Assembly (NCBI GenBank): GCA_951406725.2
Contig: OX597837.1
Span: forward strand, 1,612,001-1,676,000
Reading direction: 5' to 3'
DNA: 64,000 nt
Origin: Octopus vulgaris
Taxonomy: Eukaryota
Below, one piece after another: positions 44,498 to 57,272 of the stretch. Each line of letters opens with the position of its first letter. Position 1 is the stretch's first letter. The notes under the pieces are model-generated. The model searched no databases and was not told the DNA's origin. It was given only the letters and a program-made list of their open reading frames with translations. A program made the position numbers and the translations under genes.

Positions 44498-45433
44498 TTA
44501 ATTGTTTGTCGCAGACCCGTTAAGAAGTGGCCTGTATTTTGTAATAAAGAGATCTTCTTTACTTATTCGTTGTCTCGAGGTTGTATCGTCCCTAAATTGG
44601 TAGAGGGGGAAAATCCTGAAGTTTGGTGTTTTTTTGTTGGCGCAAGTATCTATGTGTTGGCTAAAAGCTATTTTTCTGTTTTGGGGAATTTTTATCTGGG
44701 ATCTGTGCAGGGCCATTCGTTTACGCAAACCATTTTTTGTTTGGCCTATGTACTGCTCTTGACACCCGGAGCAGGTTAGTGAGTATATTAGGTTCTCCGA
44801 AGCACATGTGAAGTTGCTTTTCACTGTAAACCGTTGTCCCTGTTTGAAGGAGAACTCTGATCCCTCAATTAGATAGTCGCATATCCCGCAATTGGGTCTT
44901 CCACATTTTTTTACTGTCGGCTTCTGTGTTGAAGAGTGAATTCGGGCTTGTGTTAGGAGACTTTTCATGGATCTAGGCTGTCTTTTGCTTTTTATGATCG
45001 TGTGTGTTTGGAGGATTGTGTTCATTCTGTGGTCTTTTTTTAGGAGGGGTACGTTGTGGAGGATGGTGCCGAAGGCTTCGTTATTGAGAGGGTTGTGTGT
45101 GGAGATGTATGGTAAGGCTTTTGGTTGTAAGTTTTTCTTTGATTTGGGATGTCTCAGTTCCTTGATGTTAAGTTGAAGGTCACGTTGAATGCACTTGTCA
45201 ATAAGTGAAGGTGGATAGTTCCTGGTGATAAGGGTATCTTTTAGTTCTTGTAGTCGTGTGTCTCTGGTGTTTGCGTTAGAGACTATAGTGCATATCCTTT
45301 TTGCTAGATTGAAGGGGATATTCATCCTGGTGTGTCTGGGGTGGCATGAATTGAATGGAAGATATTGCTTAGAGTCTGTAGGCTTATAGTATATGTCTGT
45401 TTCTATTATATTATTAGCTTTCTTAATGAGGAT
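44498..45433 (-). CDS. Penelope-like RT C-terminus/thumb + Cys-rich linker + GIY-YIG endonuclease (5'-truncated, uninterrupted)
   Basis: Frame stays open 36 codons upstream of the listed ATG (TDIYYKPTDSKQYLPFNSCHPRH). Contains KCGRPNCGIC and NLIYSLTCSGCQEQYIGQT...LRKRMALHR. Confidence 0.92.
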   Translation of the reverse strand: MLIKKANNIIETDIYYKPTDSKQYLPFNSCHPRHTRMNIPFNLAKRICTIVSNANTRDTRLQELKDTLITRNYPPSLIDKCIQRDLQLNIKELRHPKSKKNLQPKALPYISTHNPLNNEAFGTILHNVPLLKKDHRMNTILQTHTIIKSKRQPRSMKSLLTQARIHSSTQKPTVKKCGRPNCGICDYLIEGSEFSFKQGQRFTVKSNFTCASENLIYSLTCSGCQEQYIGQTKNGLRKRMALHRSQIKIPQNRKIAFSQHIDTCANKKTPNFRIFPLYQFRDDTTSRQRISKEDLFITKYRPLLNGSATNN

Positions 45434-45450
45434 ATATATTCTTCTACTTC

Positions 45451-45488
<38 letters not shown>

Positions 45489-45665
45489 GTAGTATTAATT
45501 TACGGTAATATTATTACCTTTACCCATATAATACAATAGATGAACTGATTGTTTGGCAATTTTTAACATCTATGTATTAGTCTTGTTGGGTACCTATCTA
45601 GCAGTATATTGGATATATATTATCCCATGGTGGGTTGAATTTTCAACCCCTATCTCATTTTATAA

Positions 45666-45718
<53 letters not shown>

Positions 45719-45721
<3 letters not shown>

Positions 45722-46538
45722 CCCCTACACTCTTTCCCTCTTCTCTCTTACTCTCTTTCTATTTTGTCTCTTTCTCTCCCCCTTACTCTTTCTCTCTCTT
45801 CTCTTACTCTCTTTCTCTCTCTTTCTCTCTTTTCATCTCTTTCTCTCTCTCTTCTCTCTTCTCTCTCTCTTACTCTCTTCTCCCCTCCTCTCTCTCCTCA
45901 CATATCCACCTTCCCCTCCCTACATAAGCCCACCCACCCCTACACATTCCTACTCCACCATCCCTATCCTTTCCATCCCCCATCCCATCCCCCATCCTAT
46001 CCAACATACCCTAGCTTTACCCCCACCCTCCGCCTACCAACAAACCCCAACTCTACCCCAACCCTCAGCCGAACCCACACCCCACCTGTCCTTTACGCAC
46101 TCTCGCCTCCCCCACCTCCCAACAACATCACACCACACCACACTACACCATACAATATTACACATCACATCACGCCACCCACACACCCATCCCCACATTT
46201 TCACACCTACACATACATACACGCACATATCCAGACCACCAGCCCTCTTTCACACGCACATACATAGTCTCTTATACACACACGCACCTTCGTGTTGGGG
46301 GTTATCTTTACCTTGTTATCTCCCCTACTTTCCTTTCTCGTGTGTGACCCTTCTGTCCGAGTCAGATCGTTAGCCACTACACGCATTTTTTTCTCTCCTT
46401 GTTTTTTCTGTGTTCCTTTCTGTAGAAGAGCGTAGGCTCGAAACGTAAAAGACGTTATCTATTCCTGAGCGTTATACTAATACATCTGTTTGTTTTGTAC
46501 ACCACCTGTCTTCGTCTTTTGGTTTTTTCGTAAACCCT

Positions 46539-46541
<3 letters not shown>
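45719..46541 (+). mobile_element. 3' UTR/terminus of a second Penelope-like element, opposite orientation, within (TA)n
   Basis: CT-rich then C/A-rich tract, hammerhead-like motif at 46416-46451, terminus shared with 43605-43742, (TA)n on both sides. Confidence 0.7.
46416..46451 (+). ncRNA. Hammerhead-like motif with non-canonical core
   Basis: cuuu CUGUAGA A GAGC guag GCUC GAAAC GUA aaag; A6 is replaced by U. Confidence 0.55.
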
Positions 46542-46573
<32 letters not shown>

Positions 46574-48114
46574 CACATACGTAATACCATGTACGTATAT
46601 AATCACGTGTATACAGTTGCATATAATATATGTATATTGTACATGTATACACGTTTATATCTTTACACATAAACAAAAGACAGATATCTCATGTATGTGT
46701 GTGTGTGTGTGTGTGTGTTACAATATCTCCCGTGTAGAAGCGCTACTAGTAACGTCCCAAATTCTAAGAAGGTATTTATCATTTCATTTTGAATGGAATA
46801 TTCTCGAATTTTCAGACGTGATCTCTCTCCATCTTTCTAACAATTGCCATTCCTTAAGAATGTCTTCTCATTGCCTGGTGGGTAATTCTGATAGAAATAA
46901 CAGTCAGGCATCCCTCGAACCCGTCGCACTGGCTGAGATTACTAAATGCTACTTTGTGTATTTTACGCCAACAATTCCCTGAAAGGCGAGATGGTCACGG
47001 TTGGAATATCTGTCGTTACATATAGTATGATCCACTATGTTTGTTCAGGCGGGGTGTGAAACACAAACAACCTCTATTCAAACCATGACGACCACCGCCA
47101 TTACTAGTTCCATTGGCATACGATATCAATGTTAATAATTAATGATGACGTGATCGATCAGACTTTCAGATGTTCTTACACATCGCTGATCACAGTTCAC
47201 TTTACCTCGTTTTAGCTTACGAATGATGACTTTGTGAGCAACCCAACACTCCCGCTCCACCCTATTGGAAGACTAGCATGTGCAGAATGACCCATTTACA
47301 GCTGAGTGGACTGGTGCAACGTGAAATGAAGATCTGGAAATCGAACCGACGATCTAGCGATCGTAAGTGCAACACTAACCATCAAGCCGCACTATAATTA
47401 CTAATCCTAATAATGGATTACACTTGCCTTAGATCCTCAGGTCTCATAGTATTCATAGAGATCCCTGAGATTTTGGAACTTAAACCCACCGGAATTATTC
47501 GTGGCCCTGTGGTAAGGGTGTTGCATTCACAATTGCAAAATGGTGGTTTCGATTCCTGGATCGAGTAATGCATTGTGTTCTTGAGCAAGGCACTTCATTT
47601 CACGTTGTTCGAGCAAAAGAGTAACCGTACGACGGACTGCCGTCCCTCTCAGGGTGATGGATATGTTCTGATGTAGGTCACGTATACGTCATGCAAGACG
47701 GGTAACTAGTTCTCTGATTATAACGACTCAAGACAGTGATGTCGAAGGGTTGGTGTCTCCATTGTGGTCCAGGTTTGACCAAAACCGATGACAATCAGAA
47801 AGTGCAATGGGCATGATGTATGAATATTACTGTGAGGCAAGGGCTTCTTCACTCTCACAGATACACACAATCGATCACACAGACGTACTTCCAGGTTTGT
47901 GTCTGGGCATCTTTCGTGTGTGAAAAGGTAATTGAAAAAACTTGGAGTCGATAAAAAGGAGTACAGTTGGACATTTATTTTCAATCCCTACACTTGTTTC
48001 TATGCAACGAATTTCTCCAGGTGTGCAGGTACTTGATTATGCAACCGTTTCCCTGCATTATGAGATCTAGTTGTGTTTCCTCGGGCGATATGTAAATATG
48101 CAAACAGCTTTTAA

Positions 48115-48150
<36 letters not shown>

Positions 48151-48152
<2 letters not shown>

Positions 48153-48352
48153 CCGCGTGTGTACCGTTGGCGATTTGTTTTCCGCTGGCTTCCCTTCTTT
48201 GGATCTTTCCTTTTCCTATATTTCTGACGAAGAGCTCCGCTCGAAACGTTAAATCCTCCTTCTTTCCTTCTGTCATGAGCGTCCAATAATACCATCCTTG
48301 TTCTACGTCCTCGCGTTGTGTATTCCCTTTTTGTTTTTATGTTTGGATTAAC
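48151..48352 (+). mobile_element. Penelope-like terminal fragment in (TA)n with a hammerhead motif at 48221-48254
   Basis: uuu CUGACGA A GAGC ucc GCUC GAAAC GUU aaa: canonical CUGAnGA and GAAA boxes with palindromic AACGUU. Confidence 0.7.
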
Positions 48353-48655
48353 TATATACATACCATCATCTTTTATAACACTTTAGTGAATTGTTATCGA
48401 GCACTTTGTTATTTTACACAAAAGAAACGCACAAAAAAAGCTGTCTAACTGGTTGCTGTATGTGTGCATACACATATATGGATAGAATAGTATGCATGTG
48501 GATGTATGTATATATAAATATGCGTGTAGGTATGCATGTATAATTATATATCTTTATGTGCATGTTTATGTATGTATGCACCACACACGCACATCGATGC
48601 ATATAAGTACATGCTCATATGCAAATAACAATGATGGTGTTGTGTATGTTTTTAC

Positions 48656-48701
<46 letters not shown>

Positions 48702-49315
48702 ATATGTATGTATGTATGTATGTATATATAGTTACGCACATACGTAAACTCTACACTGATATAGAGCAAAACAGTCAATGCGAAACGATTTTAATGTATA
48801 TTGCCAAAATCTACAATGTGAAGCCGCGTTCTTCACTGGTGCCTAACCAACAGCCGACCGATAGATAGGCTTACGGGGATTTCGCTGATAAGCATCTATT
48901 CGAATGGATAACATCATGTTCACTTAATACACCTAATGTGTGTCTCTAACTTGCCTCTGATCTCATAATTAACTTGCTGTTTTCTTCTCGCTTCAATGCT
49001 ATAAATTCGATAAAAATCATACTTCTTTGTCTATACTACAAGAAAAAATAAAATAACAAAAAGGAAAATCGAATAAAAACAACAAAGGAAATTGGCAATA
49101 AATATATATAAAAATAAAACAAAGTTAAAATGCCGAAATTCAAACAAAAAGCAAAAGATGATAAATAAACGGGTTACAAATTAAGAAAAAAAAATACTGA
49201 AACGACGATGGAAAAAGGTACAGGGTAGTGGCGGGGTATATAATGGCCGAATTCTGTGGAAAAGGAGCGTATAGATCACAGCTTGATGTACAAAACACCT
49301 AACCTATTTATATAC

Positions 49316-49353
<38 letters not shown>

Positions 49354-49354
49354 G

Positions 49355-49388
<34 letters not shown>

Positions 49389-49409
49389 ACATACAAGTTT
49401 ATATATGTC

Positions 49410-49466
<57 letters not shown>

Positions 49467-49513
49467 ACATATCCAAAGTTATATATATAGACATATACAA
49501 AGTTTTACATATC

Positions 49514-49562
<49 letters not shown>

Positions 49563-49916
49563 TATAGTATATTATAGTATACACACAATCACATTGAAAA
49601 TACTGAGGCAAAAGCAAAACTGCTAAATAAAATAAAAAGATAAAATAAAGATAATAACAACAAAAAAATTCTATATACACAAAGAATTCTAAATCGAAAC
49701 AGATTACTTGAGCAAAAAAAAAAACTGAAGAAGAGGAAAGAAATAAAATGAATGAAAAAAATTCAAGATGGCCGAAACAGATCGTTATTCCTGTTCTTTT
49801 ATTTTAATTTCATTCTTATTTTGATTTTACATATAAATACGTACATAAAGGCATTTAAGCACACAAGGCCCATACATATACGCAGGCTACAGGTATATAT
49901 ATATATATATATATAT

Positions 49917-50023
<107 letters not shown>

Positions 50024-50401
50024 GTATTCTAGATGCAATGCCGTTTAGTGAAACATTACTATGCTGTTAATGTCGTAAATATACGGCCGGTTTCCTGAAA
50101 TTTTGCTGTTTGATACGTTAGTGTCGTTCGCTATTTTTATTTATTTATTTATTTTTCTATTCATTTATTTATTATTGGTGATATTTTATTTTTAGTGTTA
50201 CACTCTTTCGTTGGTTTTTTTATTCCTGTTATTTTCCGTTTATTTTCGTTTGTTTTTTCTTTGTGATTTACTGTCGAATGATTACACACGATCACACTAC
50301 ATTCAATAATTATACACGCACACACACACACATATATATTGATCAGAGGACAGAGAATCCACAAATCACATAAACAATGCGTGTCTATATATATGTATAT
50401 A

Positions 50402-50486
<85 letters not shown>

Positions 50487-50588
50487 TTACGCACCGTTGT
50501 TTATATGTTTATATGTATATATACTTACACATAGACCTATACATATACACACACATATATACATATACATATATATATATATATATAC

Positions 50589-50619
<31 letters not shown>

Positions 50620-50917
50620 CATATATATATGTGTACATATACTTGTATACATATATGCATATATATATACATATATATGTATACATATATATACATATAT
50701 ATATATACATATATATATGTAGATATATACACACACATATATATATGTATGTGTGTATGGGTGTGTGTATGTGTGTGTGTGTGTGTATTGGTGAGTGTGT
50801 ATGTAAATGATTCAAGGGCAAGATGGTAGTCACTATTGTAGAAAGCAGAGAACAAAAACTTAAATATGTAGAAACAAACCAACGGAGATAAACAGCCACT
50901 GAGATAACGTCAGCACT

Positions 50918-50952
<35 letters not shown>

Positions 50953-51157
50953 CATAAGGTACCGTCATCACCATCATCCCCACCCCCAACACCAGGCACC
51001 ATCTTAATATGCATTAATCCTTATCGGCAACTTGAAAAATCAAGATTTCCAAGAATATAATATCCATTTGTGTCTACAACTCTCACTGCGCATGTGCATA
51101 TATATTTCTCTCTCCCTCTCTCTCTGCGAATATATTATGTGCATCTAAATACCCCCT

Positions 51158-51206
<49 letters not shown>

Positions 51207-52236
51207 CCTACATAAATATATGTTCAAATTTATAGTCATACAAATGCATGTGTAAACATAGAGACACATCCATAAATGTTTCGATCGCAAACTAAGTTTC
51301 GGTTGATATTTCACGCAATTATTATATGTCGCTGCTTTATAGTCAACAGAGACAAAGAGATGGGTCTTCGCACACAAGCACACATAATCTCATACACGCA
51401 TGCATATTTATATGACTTTAAAACAATGCATGAGTTAAAAACATGAAACAACGGTATATAAAAATACATGTGCATGTATATGTGTGTCAGTCCATACATA
51501 TATATATATATTGTGTGTGTATAAGTGACGTACCTGTCAATCTATGGTGTTTGATAGGGCTTACCGCTATGGACAATGAAATAACTTCCATGCATAGAAA
51601 GTGACCTGAGTCTATATATCACCATTAAAAAAAATATATAAAGACAGTGAAAAACGATTTGGAAATTAGCCGGAAGATAGGGTAGAATACTAAATGCTAT
51701 AAATAACTAAAGAATTTAAATAAAGAGATGGAAATTATCTAAATAAATAAAACATAAAAGAACGAAAACTAGACCGTTTCTTTTTTTTTTTTGCTACCTA
51801 AATCTCCCGTAAGATGGCGTCAACGTTGGAAATCAAACAGTACTGCGAGTGTCTATGTGTGTGGGTGTGTATGTGAGTGTGCGTGTGTATGCATCTATAT
51901 ACACGCTGTTGCTTGTATTATACACCAGTAAGAAAAGTGTATCATCGATATGTACATCCGTGAATCTATGCACGTTTCCCCAGACACGTGCAGATGCAGA
52001 GAAGTTTCGATAGACCAATTGATTGATAGGTAATGAGACAGAGTGATTGATAGGTACACGCACACAGGTATCCCGACACACACGCACAAACACATATGTA
52101 CACACACACATGTACTGAATGAGAAATGTATGAAGAGTTACAGACATACCTATGCACACATCGACGTAGAGACGGATCAAAATAATCGGCAGATAGAGCT
52201 AGAGGAGGTTACAAACAAAGATAAAACAGAAAGATT

Positions 52237-52297
<61 letters not shown>

Positions 52298-52423
52298 CTG
52301 GAGTGGCTGTGTTGGAAGAAGCTTGCTTCCCAAACGCATGGTTCTGGGTTCAGTCCCACTGCGTGGCACCTTGGGCAGATGTCTTCTACTAAAGCCTCAG
52401 ACGAAATCCAGAAGCTGCCGGTC

Positions 52424-52479
<56 letters not shown>

Positions 52480-52576
52480 GTATTATGTATGTATATGTGT
52501 GTCTGCGTTAGTCCAGCCAGCATCGCTTGACAGCCGATGTTGGTGTGTTAAGTAACACGTGTGTGTGTGTATTGTG

Positions 52577-52890
52577 TTGTATCTGGGGAGAGTCATTCCC
52601 TTTTAGTGACTCATAATTTAACACACGCGCCGGTAATGTTTCCACTCATTTACTTATTCGTTTGCTGCTAAAATTTTCGTTGCGTCTTGCAACCTTTTCA
52701 AACTATTGAAATTGTTGCAAGACGCAATGAAAATTTTAAGAAAAATAAATAAGTAAATGAGTGGAAACTTTTCCGGCGAGTGTGCTAAATAATAAGGCAC
52801 TAAAAGAGAATGATTCTCCCCAGACACAATAAAATATGCTTCAACACACGAATTCGCATAAAGAATCTTGCAATCCAAATACAAAAACAA
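52577..52890 (+). mobile_element. Fold-back insert with paired hammerhead-like motifs (putative Penelope-like pLTR fragment)
   Basis: Arms of about 125 bp (52577-52701 / 52706-52829) around a 4-nt loop. Each arm starts UUGAAA(A/U)-nGUUGC aagac GCAA(C/U)-GAAA AUUU UA. Lies between (GT)n and TA. Confidence 0.75.
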
Positions 52891-52896
52891 TATATA

Positions 52897-53254
52897 CTAG
52901 CACTATGACCCGGCGTTGCCGGGTCATAGTGCTAGTGCATGCATATACAGCTGCGTGCGTGCTCACATACACGCGACTACTGTCCAAATCTCCGACCTTC
53001 ACATACACCTATCTGGCATTCAATTGACGTATCAAGTTTCAGGCATTTTGATTGTGTTTTGGATAGAAAATTCACAAAAAAGTCACTTCTATTGATTTTT
53101 AATGGCTTTGCAGGATGACTGGGGAAATGTAAAGATGTGCACGACCACCCTTGGACGGTTTTGAATAACCATAGAAAGTGCGAGCCCTCTAACTGAAAAA
53201 TTGTGGATTTGTATAAAGGACACGCACACAGACATTTTGCCGTTTATATATATA
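52897..53254 (-). mobile_element. Non-autonomous Helitron-like element
   Basis: CTAG 3' end at 52897 with a GC-rich hairpin cccggc-gtt-gccggg. The opposite end (cagac...tttatatata) resembles that of the adjacent Helitron. Confidence 0.65.
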
Positions 53255-54097
53255 CTAGCAGAATTGCCCGGCGTTGCTCGGGGCTGAATTGCTGGAAAGT
53301 ACTGTTAATGATTGCACTGAATTATGATGATTATTCAGGCAAATATTGATATAAGCTTACGGTGGGAGATAAGGACTTAACGATCAAACGTGTGCCATTG
53401 CATTGTTTTGGGGGAACCAAATTTCTGATGAGCATTATAGGGGCACCAACTTTAAGTTTGAGAAAGTGTGGTGGTAGTCCGGGGTGCTCAAAGGAATTGA
53501 GTACCTCTATTGGATAGTTGATGACGTCCTCTGGGTCAGGAGTTCTATCGATAGACTGATATACATAGACTTCCCCAGGAATGAGTTTTAGCATTTCATC
53601 ATTAATATGGTGAACAGTTTTATTCCTCGGGGCCAGTATAGCCTTTTTGCCAATCCAATCCATATTCTGATAATTAGCTTGTAGATCTTGGAACACTGCA
53701 TCTCTGAGATCAGAAGGCGTCTTAACAATGGTACAAATGGAATCGATGACAATATTACCATTTTCATCCCCTGGTATTTTGCCTTCGCCAAGTGCAAGGA
53801 GGATGTGAGGAAATGCTGTTGATGTGATATTACGTCGCATATGAGCACGCATATTGGTGTGAAGTTTGAGAGTTACTTCCGTTTATTTTTAAAATATGCA
53901 TTAAAATGGAAAAAAATGATGGTAAATTATTTGTAAAATCATAGACTCATCGTAGACGCGCGCTAATACCCAGAAGGGCTCGATATGAATCACGACTATA
54001 AGATACCCGGTTTTGGTTAAACTGCATCGCAAAATGTGGGAGTAGTTAGGAATCTAAATCGGAGTAGACAGACACACAACCTTTCTTTTATATATAA
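53255..54097 (-). mobile_element. Helitron deletion derivative with a PIF1-like helicase fragment (ORF 53331-53852)
   Basis: KAILAPRNKTV, PGLPPHFLKLKVGAPIMLIRNL and CNGTRL are Helitron helicase motifs. CTAG terminus at 53255 with a subterminal cccggcgttgctcggg hairpin downstream of the ORF. Confidence 0.9.
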
Positions 54098-54255
54098 ATA
54101 TTTTCGTCCTAAAAAACTTTGTATGGATTGAATGGTTACCTCTATGGAAATATATACACACACATTATACATACATGTGTGTATAGATGAATATATAAAT
54201 ACATTTAAATATCTATATACACTTTTGGGCGATCTTTCTGCTACTTGGATATAGG

Positions 54256-54702
54256 GGCGATGTTTCGCTTGTCGTAGCACACGTTTCCGTCGATTTCCGT
54301 AAAAAATGTAAACACTGAATCGGCCATACATACATACATACATACACACACACATACATACACACACACACACACACATACATGCATACATACATATACA
54401 CATAAACCGAGTAAAAAATTTCAGTTATCTCTCTCTTTCACACATTACTCTCTCTGTCTCTTCACACACACTAACAGAAGCACTTCACTTACACAACATA
54501 CTGTCTGTCTCCCACACTCCATCAAACACACACACACACACACATGTACATCAATGCGTCCCATGCACGGTAACTTCAAAAGAACTTCCCTCGTCATACA
54601 ATCGCTTTCTCTTAGTCTCTTTCGCTCTCATTACTTATGTAAAAACATAATTTTTTTACGGAAATCGACGGAAACCTGTGCTACGACAAGCGAAACATCG
54701 CC
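54256..54702. mobile_element. MITE with 51-bp TIRs and 8-bp TSD (Merlin-like)
   Basis: TIRs 54256-54306 and 54652-54702 differ at one base. GATATAGG is duplicated at 54248-54255 and 54703-54710. TIR begins GGCGA. Confidence 0.85.
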
Positions 54703-54758
54703 GATATAGGTCTTATATTCGTCCTAAAATACTTTCCTGTCACACACTCACGCACACG

Positions 54759-54794
<36 letters not shown>

Positions 54795-55735
54795 CACACA
54801 CACACGCACACACACACTCACACACACGCACGTTAGCTTACAATTTTATTTATATATTTGCGTGTCTATGTGTGTAAAGAGGAAGTGGCAGACTGAAAGA
54901 GTCACTCACTACAAAAGGTGAATTACTTTCATTTTATTCCTTGCACACTGTGTGTATGCGTGTGCGTGTGGTGTAAAACACATTAAGAAAAGCATTTGAC
55001 ATACACACCAGAATGTGAGTTTTCTGTAAATTTTGCTTAATTGGAGTTTAAATTTTAAAAAGTGGACCTGGCAAAACCCGATGCATTCTACTCTTAAAAA
55101 TGCTAAGTAAATTGTAATTGAAGAAATCCTATATTGTAGATTTATATAACTGACAAAGGGAGGCAGATAAAATCTGCCTTTTATAATAAGATATATATAT
55201 ATATATATATACATATATATACACACACATCTATTTGTGTATCTTGAATTGTTTCCGCTGAATTTGATACAATCGAAGTGTATTTCTTCCATATATAGTA
55301 CTCAATAGATAATACTAGAAATGAATTTCATATTATTGTGTTATCAAAAAGTTTGGACAACGAGCGAAACGACGCCATTAGAAGATATCTACATGCCGTG
55401 GTGTGCGTATATGTTGTTGTCGTTATTTGAGCGAAGTGATGTACGCTTCTGCAGTGGTTTAACATGTCACATTAGCATACAACATGTGTTTCACTGCATT
55501 TTATGCGCAAGTGTTTTCTTGTATATATGCATGCTTTATACACAGTTTGTATGCATGTATCACGGGTGCATACTTTATCATCAGCAGAACCGTTAGTACG
55601 CTGGTCGAAATGCTTATGGGCATTTCGTCTGTCTTTAAGTTCTAAGCTCAAATTCCTCCGAGGTCGACATTACTGTCCATCCATTAGGGATCGATGAAAT
55701 AAGTACCAGTTACACACTGGGGTCGATGTAATTGA

Positions 55736-55787
<52 letters not shown>

Positions 55788-56009
55788 AGGCAGTGAGCAG
55801 GCAGAATCGTTAGCACGCTGGGCAAAATTTTTAGTGGCATTTCGACCGTCTTCACCTTGTGAGTTCATATTGTGTCGAGGTCGACTTTGCCTTTTATCAT
55901 TTTGGGATCGATAAAATAAGTACCAGTGGTAAACTGGGATCGATGTAATCAACTCATCCCCAACCCCAAAATTGCTGCCCTTATGGAAAAATTTGAAACC
56001 ATTATTATA

Positions 56010-56745
56010 TTACTATATGTTTGGCTTTTGCTTTGTGTTTCTACAAGTTAACTCTGAGTTTCACCCAGAGACATCAAGAGACAAGTTAGAAGTTCAAGTC
56101 AGTGTTATGCCTAGGGTGCCATATATTTGCTTTTGCACAGAGTATTGTTCCGGTGAATGTGTTTCAAAACATAAGTAAACTAAACGTTTGTTATAAAAAA
56201 AAAAAATTGATTATGAGATGGCAGTGTGATGTTAAGATGGCAGTGAAAGGTGTTTGCTATTATGTAACTTTAAAAGTATTTTAACACAGTTTACAGATTT
56301 AAATGTTTCGTGGATTACATAGACAGTATTTTACCTGGGATATAAGCAGTTCCCATGAGCACTATTTTTCGAATTTCTTCCATTTTTTGATTTCTTGATA
56401 TCTGAGTAATCAGCCATTTTGCTATCAATCCTATGGCAACTATGATAATAGGTTTTGTTTTAGTCTTGAGGTTTCTCTTTTTGCCAATTTCTATTTCAAG
56501 TTCTTTATACTTGCTCAGTTTTTGGTAGATCTTGACAGATACATTTATATCGATTATAACAGTCATATCGATGAGGAGGCATGATATTTTTCTGAAATCC
56601 TTCTATATAATGTCTGGCATTTCTCTTTCTGTCAGTTTGAAAGGTGAAGTTTCAAAGAGTGAGATGTGGTCGTTTTCAAGCACTGGAGGTGGTTTGTATT
56701 CCCACCAGTTTTTGTCGTGGGGCAGGTCCAAGCCTTTGCAAATTA
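56010..56745 (-). pseudogene. R4/Dong-like retrotransposon 3' end (restriction-like endonuclease + 3' UTR)
   Basis: PDII..KISCLLIDMTV..D.NV..K...KLSKYKELEIEI...PIII.AIG...KIVLMGTA is a PD-(D/E)xK RLE; the UTR ends at TAA-like repeats. Confidence 0.8.
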
Positions 56746-56749
56746 CCCA

Positions 56750-57240
56750 ATGAATATACTGTGCTGCTCTATCATGCCTTTTGCGATACTCTTAACGGCA
56801 TGAGGACAGATACATTCCTCTTTCGTAGAACTCTCATTGGCTTTTTCAGGTTTCGCTTGAAAAGGAAATTGAGAGTGGAGAGGGAAGTGCTATCCTCGAG
56901 TGAATTTATAGAAAGGTGGGTGAAAGTTGCGAAAATAGCAAGATTGGATGGTACCTCTCGAAGTGTACGTAGGAGGAAAGAATTGGAGAGAGCACTTGCT
57001 CGTGGGGTTTCGAGGAAATCTCGGATGCTGGGGTTACTCGATTATCAGTAGAGGTGTTCCTGTATCAGGAGGATCACATCTCTATCACCCCCCCATTTTT
57101 TTCTTTATACGTCCCCTCTTTCCCAGTATATACCGTGTATACTTTTTTTTATCATTTCATTATTATATGTAAATCCCCACACTTTTTGTCTGTCTCTGTA
57201 TTGTCCCCCTCATCTTTCGCCCTCGTGGAAAATAAATGAA
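56750..57240 (+). mobile_element. Probable L1/Tx1-like LINE 3' end
   Basis: ORF tail LIGFFRFRLKRKLRVEREVL...FIERW resembles Tx1 ORF2 C-termini. T-rich UTR ends AATAAA just before (ATT)n. Confidence 0.5.
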
Positions 57241-57272
57241 ATTATTATTATTATTACTATTATTATTATTAT

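Larger units (their letters stand above)
43791..45433 (-). mobile_element. 5'-truncated Penelope-like retroelement (Neptune-type architecture) within (TA)n
   Basis: ORF 45433-44498, a long low-complexity 3' UTR, a hammerhead-like motif at 43844-43881, and (TA)n runs at or next to both ends. Confidence 0.9.

Noticed and set aside
47985-48025. Minus-strand CTGGAGA...GAAACAAGTGTA hammerhead-like motif near (TA)n
   Set aside because: Core and stems I/II too degenerate to call, though it may be another decayed PLE end.
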